A DNA stretch of 64,000 bases from Podarcis cretensis. Lineage: Eukaryota. A program made the translations under genes and the position numbers. The DNA is taken from positions 35,402,001 through 35,466,000 of the forward strand of contig OX638155.1 in assembly GCA_951804945.1 (NCBI GenBank). The letters run 5' to 3'. Below, one piece after another: positions 12,671 through 25,379 of the stretch (within the stretch, counting starts at the first letter, position 1; each line of letters starts with the position of its first letter). Below the pieces are notes generated by a model, which had not been told where the DNA came from, made no database searches, and saw nothing but the letters and a program-made list of their open reading frames with translations.

Positions 12671-13385
12671 CCGCTCCATTTCTGTGTGGGGAGGAGTTGT
12701 GGTGGACCGCATGGCCACCCACTCTCCTCTGGGGGAGGGGGACATAGTCCCGCATTGCCCGGGGGATCCCGGCCACGTCAGCAACTGGCCAGCCAATCTG
12801 CTGGCTGGGGGTTGCGCAGCCGGGGCCATTTAAACAGAGGTGCGAGCTGGAGGGCTTCCTCTTTGGCTCGCTTCCTCAATCTCCTGCCCTCCCTACCTCC
12901 CTATTTTGCAGGTTTTAGTCATTGGCCTTGCTATGGACCTTGGTTGGTCGCCATTGAGGGGCCTGGTAGGAATTTTTCCACTTGGCAAATTGACACTGGC
13001 CATTTGGTTTTTGCCTACCTCGTAGCAATCGTCAAAAGTTTGTTAGGGTTGTGGTTAGGTATTGTTTGACCCTATGATGGGGGAGGGGAGGTGTGGCCAT
13101 CACCTGCCCCTCCAAGCTTAAGGGTATTTCATTAAAGGAATCCTGGGGTGTGAATCTTGTCCGAAGCCCAGGGCAGGGCTAGGGCCATGACACGACCCCG
13201 ACGGGAACACCAGGGGGAGCTTGAGTTGGTATGCATTGACGGGGCTCCCCCTTCTGGTGGTTTACCCTTACCGGACAACCTGCACAGTGGGCAGGAGTCA
13301 GATATAGTCAGATATAGTCGGGTTCATTCAATGCCTAAGCCGATACTGCTCACATTCTGTAATCAATAAAGTTGTGGTCTTTACC
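12671..13385 (+). mobile_element. GC-rich repeat, probably a DIRS/Ngaro-type terminal-repeat remnant
   Basis: Abrupt GC/CpG-rich block ending in caataaagttgtgg, an end motif I associate with squamate tyrosine-recombinase elements. No ORF. The family call is from recall. Confidence 0.45.
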
Positions 13386-16300
13386 CAAATGGTAAATGAT
13401 GAATAAATCTCTACCTGGTGATTTTTTGCCTACTATGCAGTTGCTACTGACACAGTGATTTGGCCAGGAAAAAGTGAACACGAAGAAGAAAGGAAAACAG
13501 GGAAAAGCAACCGATTGAGAGAGATCCCTGTGTGGATCCTGACAGCAGCAGACTTTGAGCTTTAAAATTTCAGCAGCGCCCTAGTGCGAGGCCAAAATTC
13601 AGCGCCCCCCGCCTCTCTCCTTCTGCAGTTTGTCATTGTTGCAGTGTTCCCTGCGGTGCCCCCTTGGCTCAAAGCCCAATGCAGGTGAACCGGTTGCGCT
13701 CCCCTAAATCTGCCTCTTGTCCTGAATGAGGAACATAGGGAACCATTTGCTGCACACTGGCAACTTAAGCTAGCAACACCTTAGCAGTGAGTGAGTTAAC
13801 TTGATTTACATATAAAAGAATAATTTAGTTACATAGCACTATCAGTGTTCATAGTGCCTTATAGAGAGATTCATAGTTAAAAGTGTGAGCAGTCCCTGGT
13901 CTTAAGGATATTAAAATCTAAAGCAGACAGTGGGGAAAAACAAGGGGTGGCGAAGAGCTGAATATTTGTAGATTCCATAAAAGGAGCTGCAGGTACTTGG
14001 TGCTTTTTTTAAAAAAAATATCTGCTTAATTCCCCTCATCTGTTACTCATCAATAAAATGAGATAATATGACCGAGTTTTGCAAATTACCATTTGAGCTC
14101 CATGATGAAGAGTGTCATTATATTATATTATTCTAAAACTGATTATGCTGAGATGAGACATCATCACATGACCTCAGGTGGCTGCTGTCAACAGATGGCA
14201 AAGTGAAATCCTTTGGGCTCGATTATTTACTTATTCAGAAGATTTGCAATTATGAACAGTGACAAAAAAATACATACCAGGTCTTTCTGATTTTATTTTA
14301 AAAGCCTATTTTCTAGGTACCATATGACAGAAATCATGATATAATGGCATACGCTTGAAACTTTAACTCATCACGGTTGAAAGGTCTGTCTAGAATGTTC
14401 ATTTCTGGGTTAATTTTTACTTGAGTAGACAGTGTAAATCTGAGGATGATTTTGAAAATAGAAGTTTCATCGCTGTATTCTGCTTCATGTAAATTGGCAT
14501 GTGTGTGTGATTCAACTTGGAAAAGTTTGGCAAATCCAATTAGTGTCAATAAAACTGCTGGGGTTCCTAAATTTATCAGTTTAATCTAAAGGGTGAGGGG
14601 AAAGCAGAAGGGCTTGAATTTGGAAATATCCCCACTTTTCACTTGAAGAAAGGAGCAGCAGGGAAAGGAGCAACAACAACAACAATAATTAAAAATGTCA
14701 CAGAAGTTAAAAAGCAGTCCATAAAGTCCATTTTCATTGGCAGCTTGCTTTTCCTCCTTCACTGTAATATTTTGTTCACTGGAGTTCTCTCTCTCTCTCT
14801 CTCTCTGCATACCTCTAAAAAAGAAATTCTAACAGAGTTGCTGTTTGTAAAGTTTAGGGCTGTGCCCCAACACCTCCCGCTTCTAATTGCATAATTTGAT
14901 TTGCCAATTGCGAGGAGAGACTCTGCTGGCATACTTGTTTGTTTTATCTCCCTCTTTTGGAAAGGTCACTATCCCGTCTACGCAAGTCGCTAGCAGAAGA
15001 ACTGTAAATTAATTCAATCTAGTGGTCAAAAGAAAACATGCAGCTCCGACTCCTTGGCTTCCCCTGCCCTGCTGCAGATATTTCCACAAGTTCCTCCAAG
15101 TTACAGAGTCTTCCCTGAGGGAAGCACCTCTCCTTCCATGACTGAATCGCCAAAAGCCTGGAGAGAGCAGGAGTGAGTTACGTCCCCTTCTGGAGTTGCC
15201 TGCCAGTGACAAGCTGAGCAGAGTAAATAAAAAAAGCTAATTTCCTCTTTCTTTCTTTTTTGAAAACTATGTAGCTTATTGCTGAAAACACACACCTATG
15301 TATAATCTTTTAAAAATATTACTGAAATATGAGTGTTTTGCAGGAGTTGCTACAGAAACACGTAGTGCTATGTAGAACCCAAAATAGGATGTCTAGACAA
15401 ACTCCTACTGTCTGACCTTTTATGTATTTCCTAATCCAACCAATCTTGCCAACCAAATTGGTGACTAAGCAGCAATTCACTTTATACACTGTCATAAAGA
15501 CCTGACAGGGCCCAGGTCACCATTATAAATTTCAGTCTGGCTACTTCAGCAACTCTCAGCTTCCTTTACCAACACAACTCCCGAGTGGTTTCCAGCCTGT
15601 GATGTGTGCACTGGATCATCGTGAAGTAATTTTTTGGGGCCGTAAAATCCGAAAGCCACAACTCGGCTGGGAAACAGAGAGCACTTTCATCCAGCAGGAC
15701 CCCAGAGTTTATATTAAACCGTAAAAGAAAGACTGGAGAAAGTCTCTGGTGAAAACAAAAATTTAAAAAGCAGTGACGTTAAGGTCAAGGGCAGCTGACT
15801 GGTTGGGCAAAGGAGATCAGCGTTTGCATCTTTGTAATATTAAACGTTGACATGGGAGTAAATAGCTCTAGCCCATATGAATCACAACCCCTCCCCCTCC
15901 TTCCTCCATAGTCAAGTCATCCTTCACCATCCCGAGCAGCCATGTGAAAAAAAAGCCAAGATCATTTAAAATGGCATTTAACCAAAAAATTAAAAGGAAT
16001 GTCCAGATTCCTTCCACACTGAACATCCAAAATCGAGCTCCCTCAGAAATCCTGCAAGGTATCTGCAGCCTGCAGGAGTCTGCAAACACCCCCCAATTGT
16101 TGTTAATATTAATTTCATTTATGAATTGCTTCCTTGATTCAAATGTCAAAGGGATTTATAATACATCAGAGTTTCTGCAAGTTCTGTTGTGAGTCCCATG
16201 GTATCAACCAGGATGGGCATGGCAAGATTTGCTGGAGGAGGAAGAGGAGTGGGAAGGAGCTTGAGCAATGACATGGGAGCAGGACCTGCCATGTTGTTGC

Positions 16301-17774
16301 CAGATGACACAGAAGGGGAGGGAGAACCACCTGAGTCAGTCTCCATTCCACCCAGCAAGTTCAATAAAGTCAGCTGATCTGGGTGGTCAGCATTGCTTCA
16401 TAACCAGACCACATGCGGTGGAAACCGCAGATGACCTCAGAGTGAAGACTCTTCCACATATATTGCTTCAACACATAATTCTGCCACCTGTGGTAGGTTT
16501 CCCCAGCCGCCTTCTCTCTGAAAAGATTGCTGACTACTGAGGCAATTAACACAGCATAATCTGTTTGCTTAGCTAACGATAAGGGAGATGGAAGCTGTAG
16601 CCAAACAGTATCTGGCAAGGACATAACTTGCGCCAGCTTGCTTTACGCCAGCTTCTTGTGTGTAGGGTTGCTCCCTTATTCATCCTAACTGTACCCACAC
16701 AAGTTACTAATAGTGTAATGCAAACAGGGCGTACAAGAAAAGGTTGCCACATAGAATGCTCTTCTTCGGGATACTCCATTCCATCCCCTGTCTCAGCTGG
16801 TTTTCCATCCTCCTCTCCCGCAGAGGAGATATTATTTTGCTATGTATTGCACTTGAAAATTCCACTGCAGCTGAAAAAGATAATCACTCCGTGAGGTCTC
16901 AGAGGCACAATAAATTATTTGTGTGTGAGAGAGAGGTGTTTGGGGAGGTTTTTATATTATGAAGAAAAAGAAAGTTACTGTTTCCCCCCACTACTCCCAG
17001 GGGTGCCCACCCCCAAACACATAGACATCTGCATAATTTCAAAGAGAAGCCTTTCCAAAACACACACACACGGCTTCCAAGAGGAATAATAATAAAAAAT
17101 GCCTCACCTTGTAAAACAATTCGTAAGGCGTGTAATTTTTCTACAGGCATTTTTGTTGTTGTTGTGTTTTTCTATCCTTACATAGAACTTGTAGCTTTGC
17201 TCCTGTTTAATAAAGTTTTAGGTGGTTGGTTATCATCACAGTCCTGCACTGTGGGGGTTTGTGCATTGCACAAGACCCCCGAAGGAAAACTGAAATTTAC
17301 CAAGGACAAACTGTATGCACACCTTTCAATCTAAGTGCGATGTGCACCTCACTGCTCCAGTGAGATTCTTCAGGGATGCAAGGCAGAGTGAGGTGACCCA
17401 CTCAGGCAGCTGCTTTGGGGTATCATGAAAGGGCGGGAAATGGTTGTTCTTTATTATTGCTGTATTTTTACTGTTGGAGAAAGGAGAGCTGCTTGCAGGA
17501 TTTTCTGCTGCAGGTGCCAGTCTGACTTGGCTAACCTCGGGCACCTTGACCTGGATTGGGTAGACAGGGGCACTATTTGTCGCCAGCCCAGCAGTTGCAT
17601 AGTGCTAACCAAGGCTTGATTCCCTTTGGAAGGAGGTCATTTAGCTTTTTGTAGCATCTGTATTTGTTTACAGATATACAGGTTGAACATAGGTGGAAGC
17701 ACAGCTTGAAACACTCTGATTGACAGCCCAAATCCATTCCTCCCACATAAATACCTTACAACCTATGCTTACAG

Positions 17775-17900
17775 CAGGGGTCAGCAACCCCAGGCACTGG
17801 GGCAAATGGCGTTTCTTCAGGCTTCTCTCTCAAGCCCCCTGGACCGTCACCAGTCCTGCCACCCACACTCCTCAAGAGCATTTGCCTGGATGAAATAAGC
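17775..17900. mobile_element. Truncated hAT MITE left end
   Basis: caggggtcagcaacc TIR, as at 7311. Confidence 0.4.
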
Positions 17901-17934
17901 TCTTGAAGTGTATTATTATTGAATAATAATCTTA

Positions 17935-17936
17935 TT

Positions 17937-17982
<46 letters not shown>

Positions 17983-18550
17983 TATTTATACCCGGCCCAT
18001 CTGGCTGGGCCTCCCCAGCCACTCTGAGCTGCTTCCAACAAAATATTAAAGTACAGTAATGCATCAAACATTAAAAGCTTCCCTAAACAGGACTGCCTTC
18101 AGATGTCTTCTAAAAGTCTGGTAGTTGTTGTTCTCTTTGACATCTGGTGGGAGGGCGTTCCACAGGGTGGGTGCCACTACCGAGAAGGCCCTCTGCCTGG
18201 TTCCCTGTAATTTGGCTTCTTGCAGCGAGGGAACCGCCAGAAGGCCCTCGATGCTGGACCTCAGTGTCCGGGTAGAACAATGGAGGTGGAGACACTCCTT
18301 CAGATATACTGGACCAAGGCCATTTAGGGCTTTAAAGTTCAGTGCCAACACTTTGAATTGTGCTCAGAAACGTACTGGGAGCCAATGCAGGTCTTTCAAG
18401 ACTGGTGTCATGTGGTCTCGGTGGCCATTCCCAGTCACTAGTCTTGCTGCCGCATTCTGGATTAGTTGTAGTTTCTGGGTCACCTTCAAAGGTAGCCCCA
18501 TGTAGAGCGCATTGCAGTAGTCCAAGCGGGAGATAACCAGAGCATGCACT
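17935..18550 (-). mobile_element. L2 LINE, 5'-truncated, with (TTA)n tail
   Basis: ORFs [21 protein letters not shown]...[10 protein letters not shown]...[12 protein letters not shown] and AFSVVAPTLWNALP are typical L2 RT C-terminus; (AAT)n at 17939-17981. Confidence 0.95.
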
Positions 18551-19599
18551 GATGGTGCCTCTTAATAGCATCTGATGGGTTAACCCTCCAAGGAGGTGAG
18601 CAGCAAGGGATCTAAATTACTAAACAGGTAACAAAACCAGCAGCCTCTCAGATCACACCCACACACCATACATTTAAAGCCGTCTTACAACCCTTTAAAA
18701 GCTGTCGCTCCCTTCTAAGAATCCTGGGAGCTGTAGTTTGTTAAAGGTGCCATTAGGATTCTTTAGGGGAAGCTTTGACTCTTAAAGTGATAGGAGAGTC
18801 TTTTAAATGTATGGCTTGGATGTGCTCTCACTCACTTCAACAGGACTTACGTCCCAGCAGCAAGAGTTCAAATGAGGTTTTATACATCCCCAAATGACTG
18901 CTGGAGCCCCACCTCTTAAGCTGAAGATGCTCCAGGATCTGTTTCTGTTGCTGTCCCTCATGCCAGGGTGAAATTAGGATCCAGTGCTGAGATATCACGT
19001 GACACACAATGGCTTTTGACATACTTTGTGGTTTATTTATTGCAACATTCACAAAGCGCCACCGAAAGGGAACTGAATTATGTGAAATGATCTGGAATCT
19101 GAGCAGCTCCATACTCAGTGCACATATTCCAAACATGAGTTTGGTTGATGAAGAGCATTTCATATACTGACATGGATCCTATTTCACAGTATTTGAAACA
19201 AAACACCTTTTTTTGTTTCATTGGGAGGTGGAGGAGCTTAACTTCCAAATCCCATCTTAAAAGGGCTCACTGTTAAAACCTGTAAGAAGAATCAATTCTG
19301 TTTGTGTGAGATGGAATTGGTCAGAGTTTAGTTCTACAGGATATGTGAAAGCTTGAAATGTGCCGTTGTAGTGATGTTTTTTTCCCTTTTTTCCTTATGA
19401 TGTGAACCCTACTGATGTACACATAATGTAAATGTGACAATTAGTGAGAATGCCTAGGTATCGGCTATGATATAGCAAAGAAAGGCACAGTGGATTATCT
19501 CTCTCTCCCCCCTTTTGGCAGCAAGCTATTAATTGATAAAGTGCAATTAATAGGAAATTCCCTCTTTAGATGTGCTTCCCCGCTCCCACTTCCATTCAG

Positions 19600-19864
19600 A
19601 CCGTTCTTCTTAGGGAATGACTGTGTGTGGGTGAGAGAGGAAGATGCAATAAGATGGCGGAGATTAGGCTTACTGAGCGGCCGCCGAGCCAGTCTGGAAA
19701 AGCTGTCAAATCGCCCCATTTAGCTCAAGGGGGGAAACGGTTTTTAGCTGGTGGGTGATTCAACGATCTGAAGAGCCAGCTCATGGATGCTGCTTTCCTG
19801 GAGCAGCTGTGGTTTGCATTCCCACTCCTTTGGTTCTGGAAGTGCATGTGCAATTGCAGTAAGT
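19600..19864 (+). promoter_or_regulatory. Candidate promoter and first exon (YY1 site, CpG cluster, 5' splice site)
   Basis: AAGATGGCGG at 19651-19660, GCGGCCGC at 19677-19684, retained CpGs in non-repeat DNA, and GCA|gtaagt donor at 19858/19859. Confidence 0.4.
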
Positions 19865-22750
19865 TCTTGAAACTGCTTCAGCAGATACTTCTGTTGCCTG
19901 GAACAGGGGAAGCACTCAAGAGGAAAAAGAGAAAGGGAGGAAAACTCCTGGCACAGAAGGGAGGAAACTCCTTTGCTGAATGGTTTCTCCATATCCAGAG
20001 TGGGAAGAGCAGGAAAAGCCTGAAACTTGCTGTTGCCTTTGCTGCTGCTTTGGGTGAGTCATAGTGGAGGGTTTTCTGGTCACTGATGTATTAGGACACA
20101 TTTGCCTTTGGAGACAGAGATGTGCGCTATGTGGGCAATGGAGGAAAAAGTATTTAACATATGTTGTGCTGTCAGGTGAGAACAATGTGTTGAAGCTGTA
20201 GGTGTGAAAATGATCCATGGGTCAGTGAAAAAGCTAATTGTATGTTGTTGTTGTTTTGAAAGAGAAGCAGAAGATAGTTATTCAAAGGTTTTGTCCTCAT
20301 GGGATAAAATCCTGATATTTTTTGTTTTGTTTTGTAGCGTTTCGAAGCCCTGCATACTCTTGGCCAGAGGCCAGAAACGAAACATTTGCACAAACATTAG
20401 GAAATGATGCCACTTTCAGCTCTCTTGAAAACTGTTGTCTGTCTCCAGACTTGGACTGTATTTGCCATGTCGGTACGTACCACAACTTGCCAATAAAAAC
20501 CAAACCAAAACAGGATGTGTCTGCAGTGTTGCCTTTGTCACGCATGGCTCTTTAATCATTTGAATTTGAGCTCGCGCTTTAACTTGAGTATTTGCGTGAG
20601 GTGCAGCAGTTCAGCATTACTGTGGTTCCTGGTATTATTTGTGTGCCATCTCAACACACATTTTCCAAGCTGCTGGTCACATGTCCATCTAGCATTCCTC
20701 TGCCTGCAGCCTGTGCTTCCCCCCCCCCCATTTCTTGCTGCAATGGCAATGAGTTCTTGCTTATCCTGATATGGAGCAGTGCATCTCTTGTGAGAGCTTA
20801 TGCTGTTTTAGTTTTATTGTTTTCAGAAGCTGATCCAGAAAGTTGACACACAAACAGACCTTGCCTGCAGGACAGCCCAGTCCATCCAGCATAATTAAAA
20901 GCATTCAGAAGCCAGCAAAAAGAAACTGCATGTCACTTAGAACAGCAATGTTGCATTGCTAAGAGTGTAGTAACATGAGAGTAACACCTTACATAGTATT
21001 CTGCATAGAATTGTACTTAAATCAAGGGTGCAGAACCTGTGGGTCTCAAGGTGTCACTGGACTCCAGCTCCCATAATCCCTGAGTATTTACCATGGGAGA
21101 TGAAGTCCACAGGCTCTCCACCTTTGACTTCTAGAGATATTACTGTAATTAAACAAAGGGCAAATTAAACAATGTTAGGACCAGGGTGCAAGCCTGAACT
21201 ATATTGACACTTCTGAGCCAAACCTGACCACCTTATTCTGAAATCCAATTCCCCTTTTTAGCCTCTTAGCGGCAGCTCCTCATGTGCAAACTGAAAACAA
21301 CAGCCTCTTTTGCAAGTGACAGCAAATTAGTGCGACAGCACTTTGCATGCCATGGGAGGGCATGTAGAAGTAATAGCCAAATTCATTTCCATTTCTGAAC
21401 CTATTCGATGAGTCTGTGCACCACAGCTAACTGCACAAAAGGCATGATGGGAATGCTTCCCATTTTAGAGTCTCAGGACGCAGAGAATTTAATCTTCTGT
21501 GACTGCTGGTCTCCAAGCACTCCTGCCAACTGAAGGCGTTGCTGGCACAAGAAGCACATTTGCCAGGTCTCCAACTAGCAAAAAATACCCATGGCTTGTA
21601 GTATTAATCTTTTCCTTTGGGTTTCGTTCAAGTAAGGTTGCCAGGGCTCAGGGTTTTATTAGCCTCCTTCTTGGGGACTCCAGAGAAAGCTCAGGCTGAA
21701 GAGGTGGAAATCAGGGTGCAAGCTCTCTTCCAAAAGGCTGATCCCAAGGTATCCCCTCCCCTATATAGATCACGTCACTCTTTCCCAGCATCTCTCTCTC
21801 TCTCTGAGTGAAAAAGAGGCAGCCACCAGCAAAGGCACAAAACATGTATTATGAAAATATTTGGGAGTGAAAGCAATGACCCTACACTGGAGAAGTATTC
21901 AGATAATATATTAAGTTTACCTTACACTATGGACTCAGCTACATTAGTAAAAAAACACACACAATGATTTGAATGTGTTATAAACACGCAACACCGGATG
22001 GTGCCAGAGAGCACAAAACCTTTCTATAGTGTTTTTACATAGGGTTTCTTTTGTTATAATGATTTAACTTCTGACTTCTTTATAGTTCCCCTCCCCCCAT
22101 GTGTAGATCCACACTTAGTGAGTCAAGTCATGGGCACATCTTGCCCATTATGGTTTACCCAGACTAATGTGCAAAGTATATACTCTACTACTGAGCTATG
22201 GCTCCTCCTCTAAAAAGATAAAACTGAGATCTCTCATTTTTCAACAGAAAAATCACCATGAGCCTTGAGGCTCCGCTCCCTTCTCTGTCAAGGTCCACCT
22301 TTAAGCTCCAAGACTAGTGTGGACATGGAAAATGGCACCAATATCCTGAGAGTGGGAAGGTGCTTGGTATTCCCAGCATCTTGGGGCTAAGAGGATATTC
22401 GCAGCTTGGACCAACACTTGGAGCAGGTCTGCCGCCGCCCTAGAGTTGTGAAGAAAAGCTATATGCAGCAGAGTTATAGGCAGCAGATATGAGTGACTAC
22501 TTCACACCTGCCTATTCCTGCAAGAGGGGAGGGTTATCCATCAGGTATAGCTCAGGTTTGACCTCAGTAGTGTCAGGGCACATCATGGCTGGCCTCAGTG
22601 GGCATCTTGTAAGGACGATTTAGAACTACCTTCTCCACAGGGCTAGCCTGAGATCTATTGCTGTTTGAGGTGAAGGCAAAATGGTGGACCTCCCATTTCT
22701 TGTATAGAAAATGACCAGACTGGAAACTGAATCTTAGGCTGGACAGACAA

Positions 22751-22915
22751 CAGGGGTGCCAACTTGAATAAAATATTTTTTTTGGGGGGGGCAGGTAAGC
22801 CCCATCCACATAACTGATCACATGATGTGGTACACACACACCATTTGAATATCAATGCCCATCAATCTGGAGGGGGGCAAATATTGGAGATCCCTCGGCC
22901 CCTAGGAGTTGGCAG
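22751..22915. mobile_element. hAT-like MITE nested in another DNA element
   Basis: caggggtgccaac...gttggca ends, with cagacaac repeated at both sides. Confidence 0.5.
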
Positions 22916-23793
22916 ACAACATACATTTAAAGCAAACATCCTCCGCCCTCAGGATTCTGGCATTAGTTAAGAATGTTGGGAATTGTAACTCTGTGAGGGG
23001 CAATCTATAGCTCCCAGGAATCTTTCTGATCTGGATATGCTTTAAATGTATTGCTAGTATGCAGTCTTGCTTGAACACTGCCTGTGGACTTCACTGCAAC
23101 CGAAGATATCAAGTTTGATTAGCGGGTGCAGGGCACACTATCAGGCCTGTTTTCCAGCATCACTTGTCCCTGCTCTCCCCCACCACCCCAGTCTTTGCTG
23201 CCTGAGGCGGCCATCACAGACGATCTAATGGTAGGGTTTTCCTTCCCCCTTCACATTGGTCTTAGCTGATGGAATAGGCCATGTGCCTTCAATCAAACTG
23301 TGGCTTTGTTAATCCCATCTATTGGTTTCTTTCTTGCTCAGACGGCAACGCAATTAGAATACAATGTTCAGCTGCTAACCCTTAATGATGCTACCCCACA
23401 TTGACAAAACTCAAGGGAACTCAAGGAGGACGTGTAGAGTCATGGTGCTGGTACAGAATGCAACTGAGAGAAGAAGAGGGAAGTGGTTGTCTTGGGGGGA
23501 GGAAATTACTGAAAAGCGTTGGTAAACTGCATTCTGTGGGTGGCAGCTTTCTAAAATAGCTCTCCAAAAGGCAGAAAAGAAAGCAAAGATGAAGTAGAGG
23601 GAAAAAGTGAAATTTGAAACTGGTACAGATGCAAATGAAATGTAATAAATGCATGCCTAGGCATAGCTGTGCTCATAGTGTACTTTCCCTTTGACCTACT
23701 TAGCCGGATCCCCAAAATTGCAGCAGTCAACTTTTTCATGTCCAAATCCTTCTTAATTATAACACGAGACAGTTTTTTTTTAAAAAAACACAC

Positions 23794-23796
<3 letters not shown>

Positions 23797-23844
<48 letters not shown>
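23797..23844. repeat. (TA)n microsatellite
   Basis: About 24 TA units. Confidence 0.95.
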
Positions 23845-23848
<4 letters not shown>

Positions 23849-24106
23849 CACCACCCTGAAAATTGGGTCTTTGGTCACAGCACGGCATTTCTGAAGCACA
23901 GATCAAATCGCTCATGGATCAAACTACACTGCAGGATGACTAATTGTGGGATGACTAATCCCCATTTCCCCTCCAAAACTCTATTTCATAGTGGCCCAGA
24001 AAACACAACCATCAAGATGTTGTTATCTCACCATGGGCTTTTGCATTGAAACACTCACCCCTTTGCAAGGCACCAAACAGAATAATTTTTAGCCCTGAGA
24101 ATAAAG

Positions 24107-24190
24107 AAGCAATCCTGCACACACTTATCTGGGAGAAAGCCCCCTCAAACTCAGTGGGGCTTACTTTTAAACAGACATATGCAATATTGT
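24107..24190. mobile_element. Short palindromic MITE family; other copies at ~41633-41710, 49077-49165 and 53390-53470, and a related type at 4935-5030, 27022-27130, 36385-36485 and 52683-52800
   Basis: gcaatcct...cacttacctgggagtaagcccc...ggggcttacttc...ggattgc type palindrome repeated across the window. Confidence 0.55.
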
Positions 24191-24557
24191 GTTGCCAGTC
24201 AGTCTAGCATTCCCATTTTTTAAAAGAATGTTTTTATTTATAAAACAGTTCTGAGCTGACACTGCGTAAAAAGAGGAGAAAAAACAACAGCCCTCCTCAG
24301 AAGACTTGTAGTCTATGACAGATTCAATGAACAGAGACTGAGTGGAAGAAATTGAAGGCAAGGCCATTATATGCTGGGCAGGGTATTTTCTTCTTATAGT
24401 TGTGATAAAAGTGCAATGCCACCATCGTGGCCTGTTTGTGATAGGGATGGTTGAATAAATCAGTTTGCTGTTCCTCCCTGCTTCTCATTTTTTCCATTTC
24501 TCCCAAGTTCTGCATCACTATCAACTTGCCACAACTGATGTCTTTCAACTGAATTAA

Positions 24558-24910
24558 AGGTAAAGGTAAAGGGACCCCGACCATTAGGTCCAGTCATGGA
24601 CGACTCTGAGGTTGTGGGGCTCATCTCGCTTTATTGGCCGAGGGAGCCGGTGTACAGCTTCCGGGTCATGTGGCCAGCATGACAAAGCCGCTTCTGGCAA
24701 ACCAGAGCAGCGTATGGAAACACCGTTTACCTTCCCACCGGAGCGGTACCTATTTATCTACTTGCACTTTGACGTGCTTTTGAACTGCTAGGTTGGCAGG
24801 AGCAGGGACCGAGCAACAGGAACTCACCCCGTCACAGGGATTCGAACAGCCGCCCTTCTGATCAGCAACCCCTAGGCTCTGCGGTTTAGACCACAGCGCC
24901 ACCCGCATCC
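24558..24910 (-). mobile_element. Sauria SINE, full length
   Basis: Same body as 5697-6062; 16-bp TSD ctttcaactgaattaa (24542-24557, 24911-24926). Confidence 0.95.
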
Positions 24911-25322
24911 CTTTCAACTGAATTAAGTGTGTCAAAACTTGTATATAAAGTCAAATAAGCATTACTCAGCTTCCAGTATTCTTACTGGATATGTGAGAGA
25001 AAAGCTTTCTGTACAAGAAGTGCTATTAAAGTGATACTTTACACTATCTTCAGACATAAGGGATGTGAAGACAGTGTGGCTGTCGTGGCTGAAGTACTGA
25101 GAGATTCCAAAATGGGCTCCTAGTCAGAAGAATCCCTTTAACTCTCTCAGCTGACCTGATCCTTTGCATTTGAAACTAGTCTAATATCTTTGCTTCAAAG
25201 AAATATAGGAAACAGCCTTGCACAGGGCTACAGCAGTGGTTGCTCGGTGTTGCCTACTCTGAATACCCATGGTTCCTTAGGGTTTCAGGATTAGGACCCT
25301 CACTCAATGTGCTGGTTAGCAA

Positions 25323-25379
25323 AATCTGCCAATGAAGGCAGTTAATCCAGTGTCAAGTTTCTGCCTTCATTGGCAGATT
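25323..25379. repeat. Perfect 19-bp inverted repeat with a 19-nt loop
   Basis: aatctgccaatgaaggcag (25323-25341) / ctgccttcattggcagatt (25361-25379). Confidence 0.9.
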
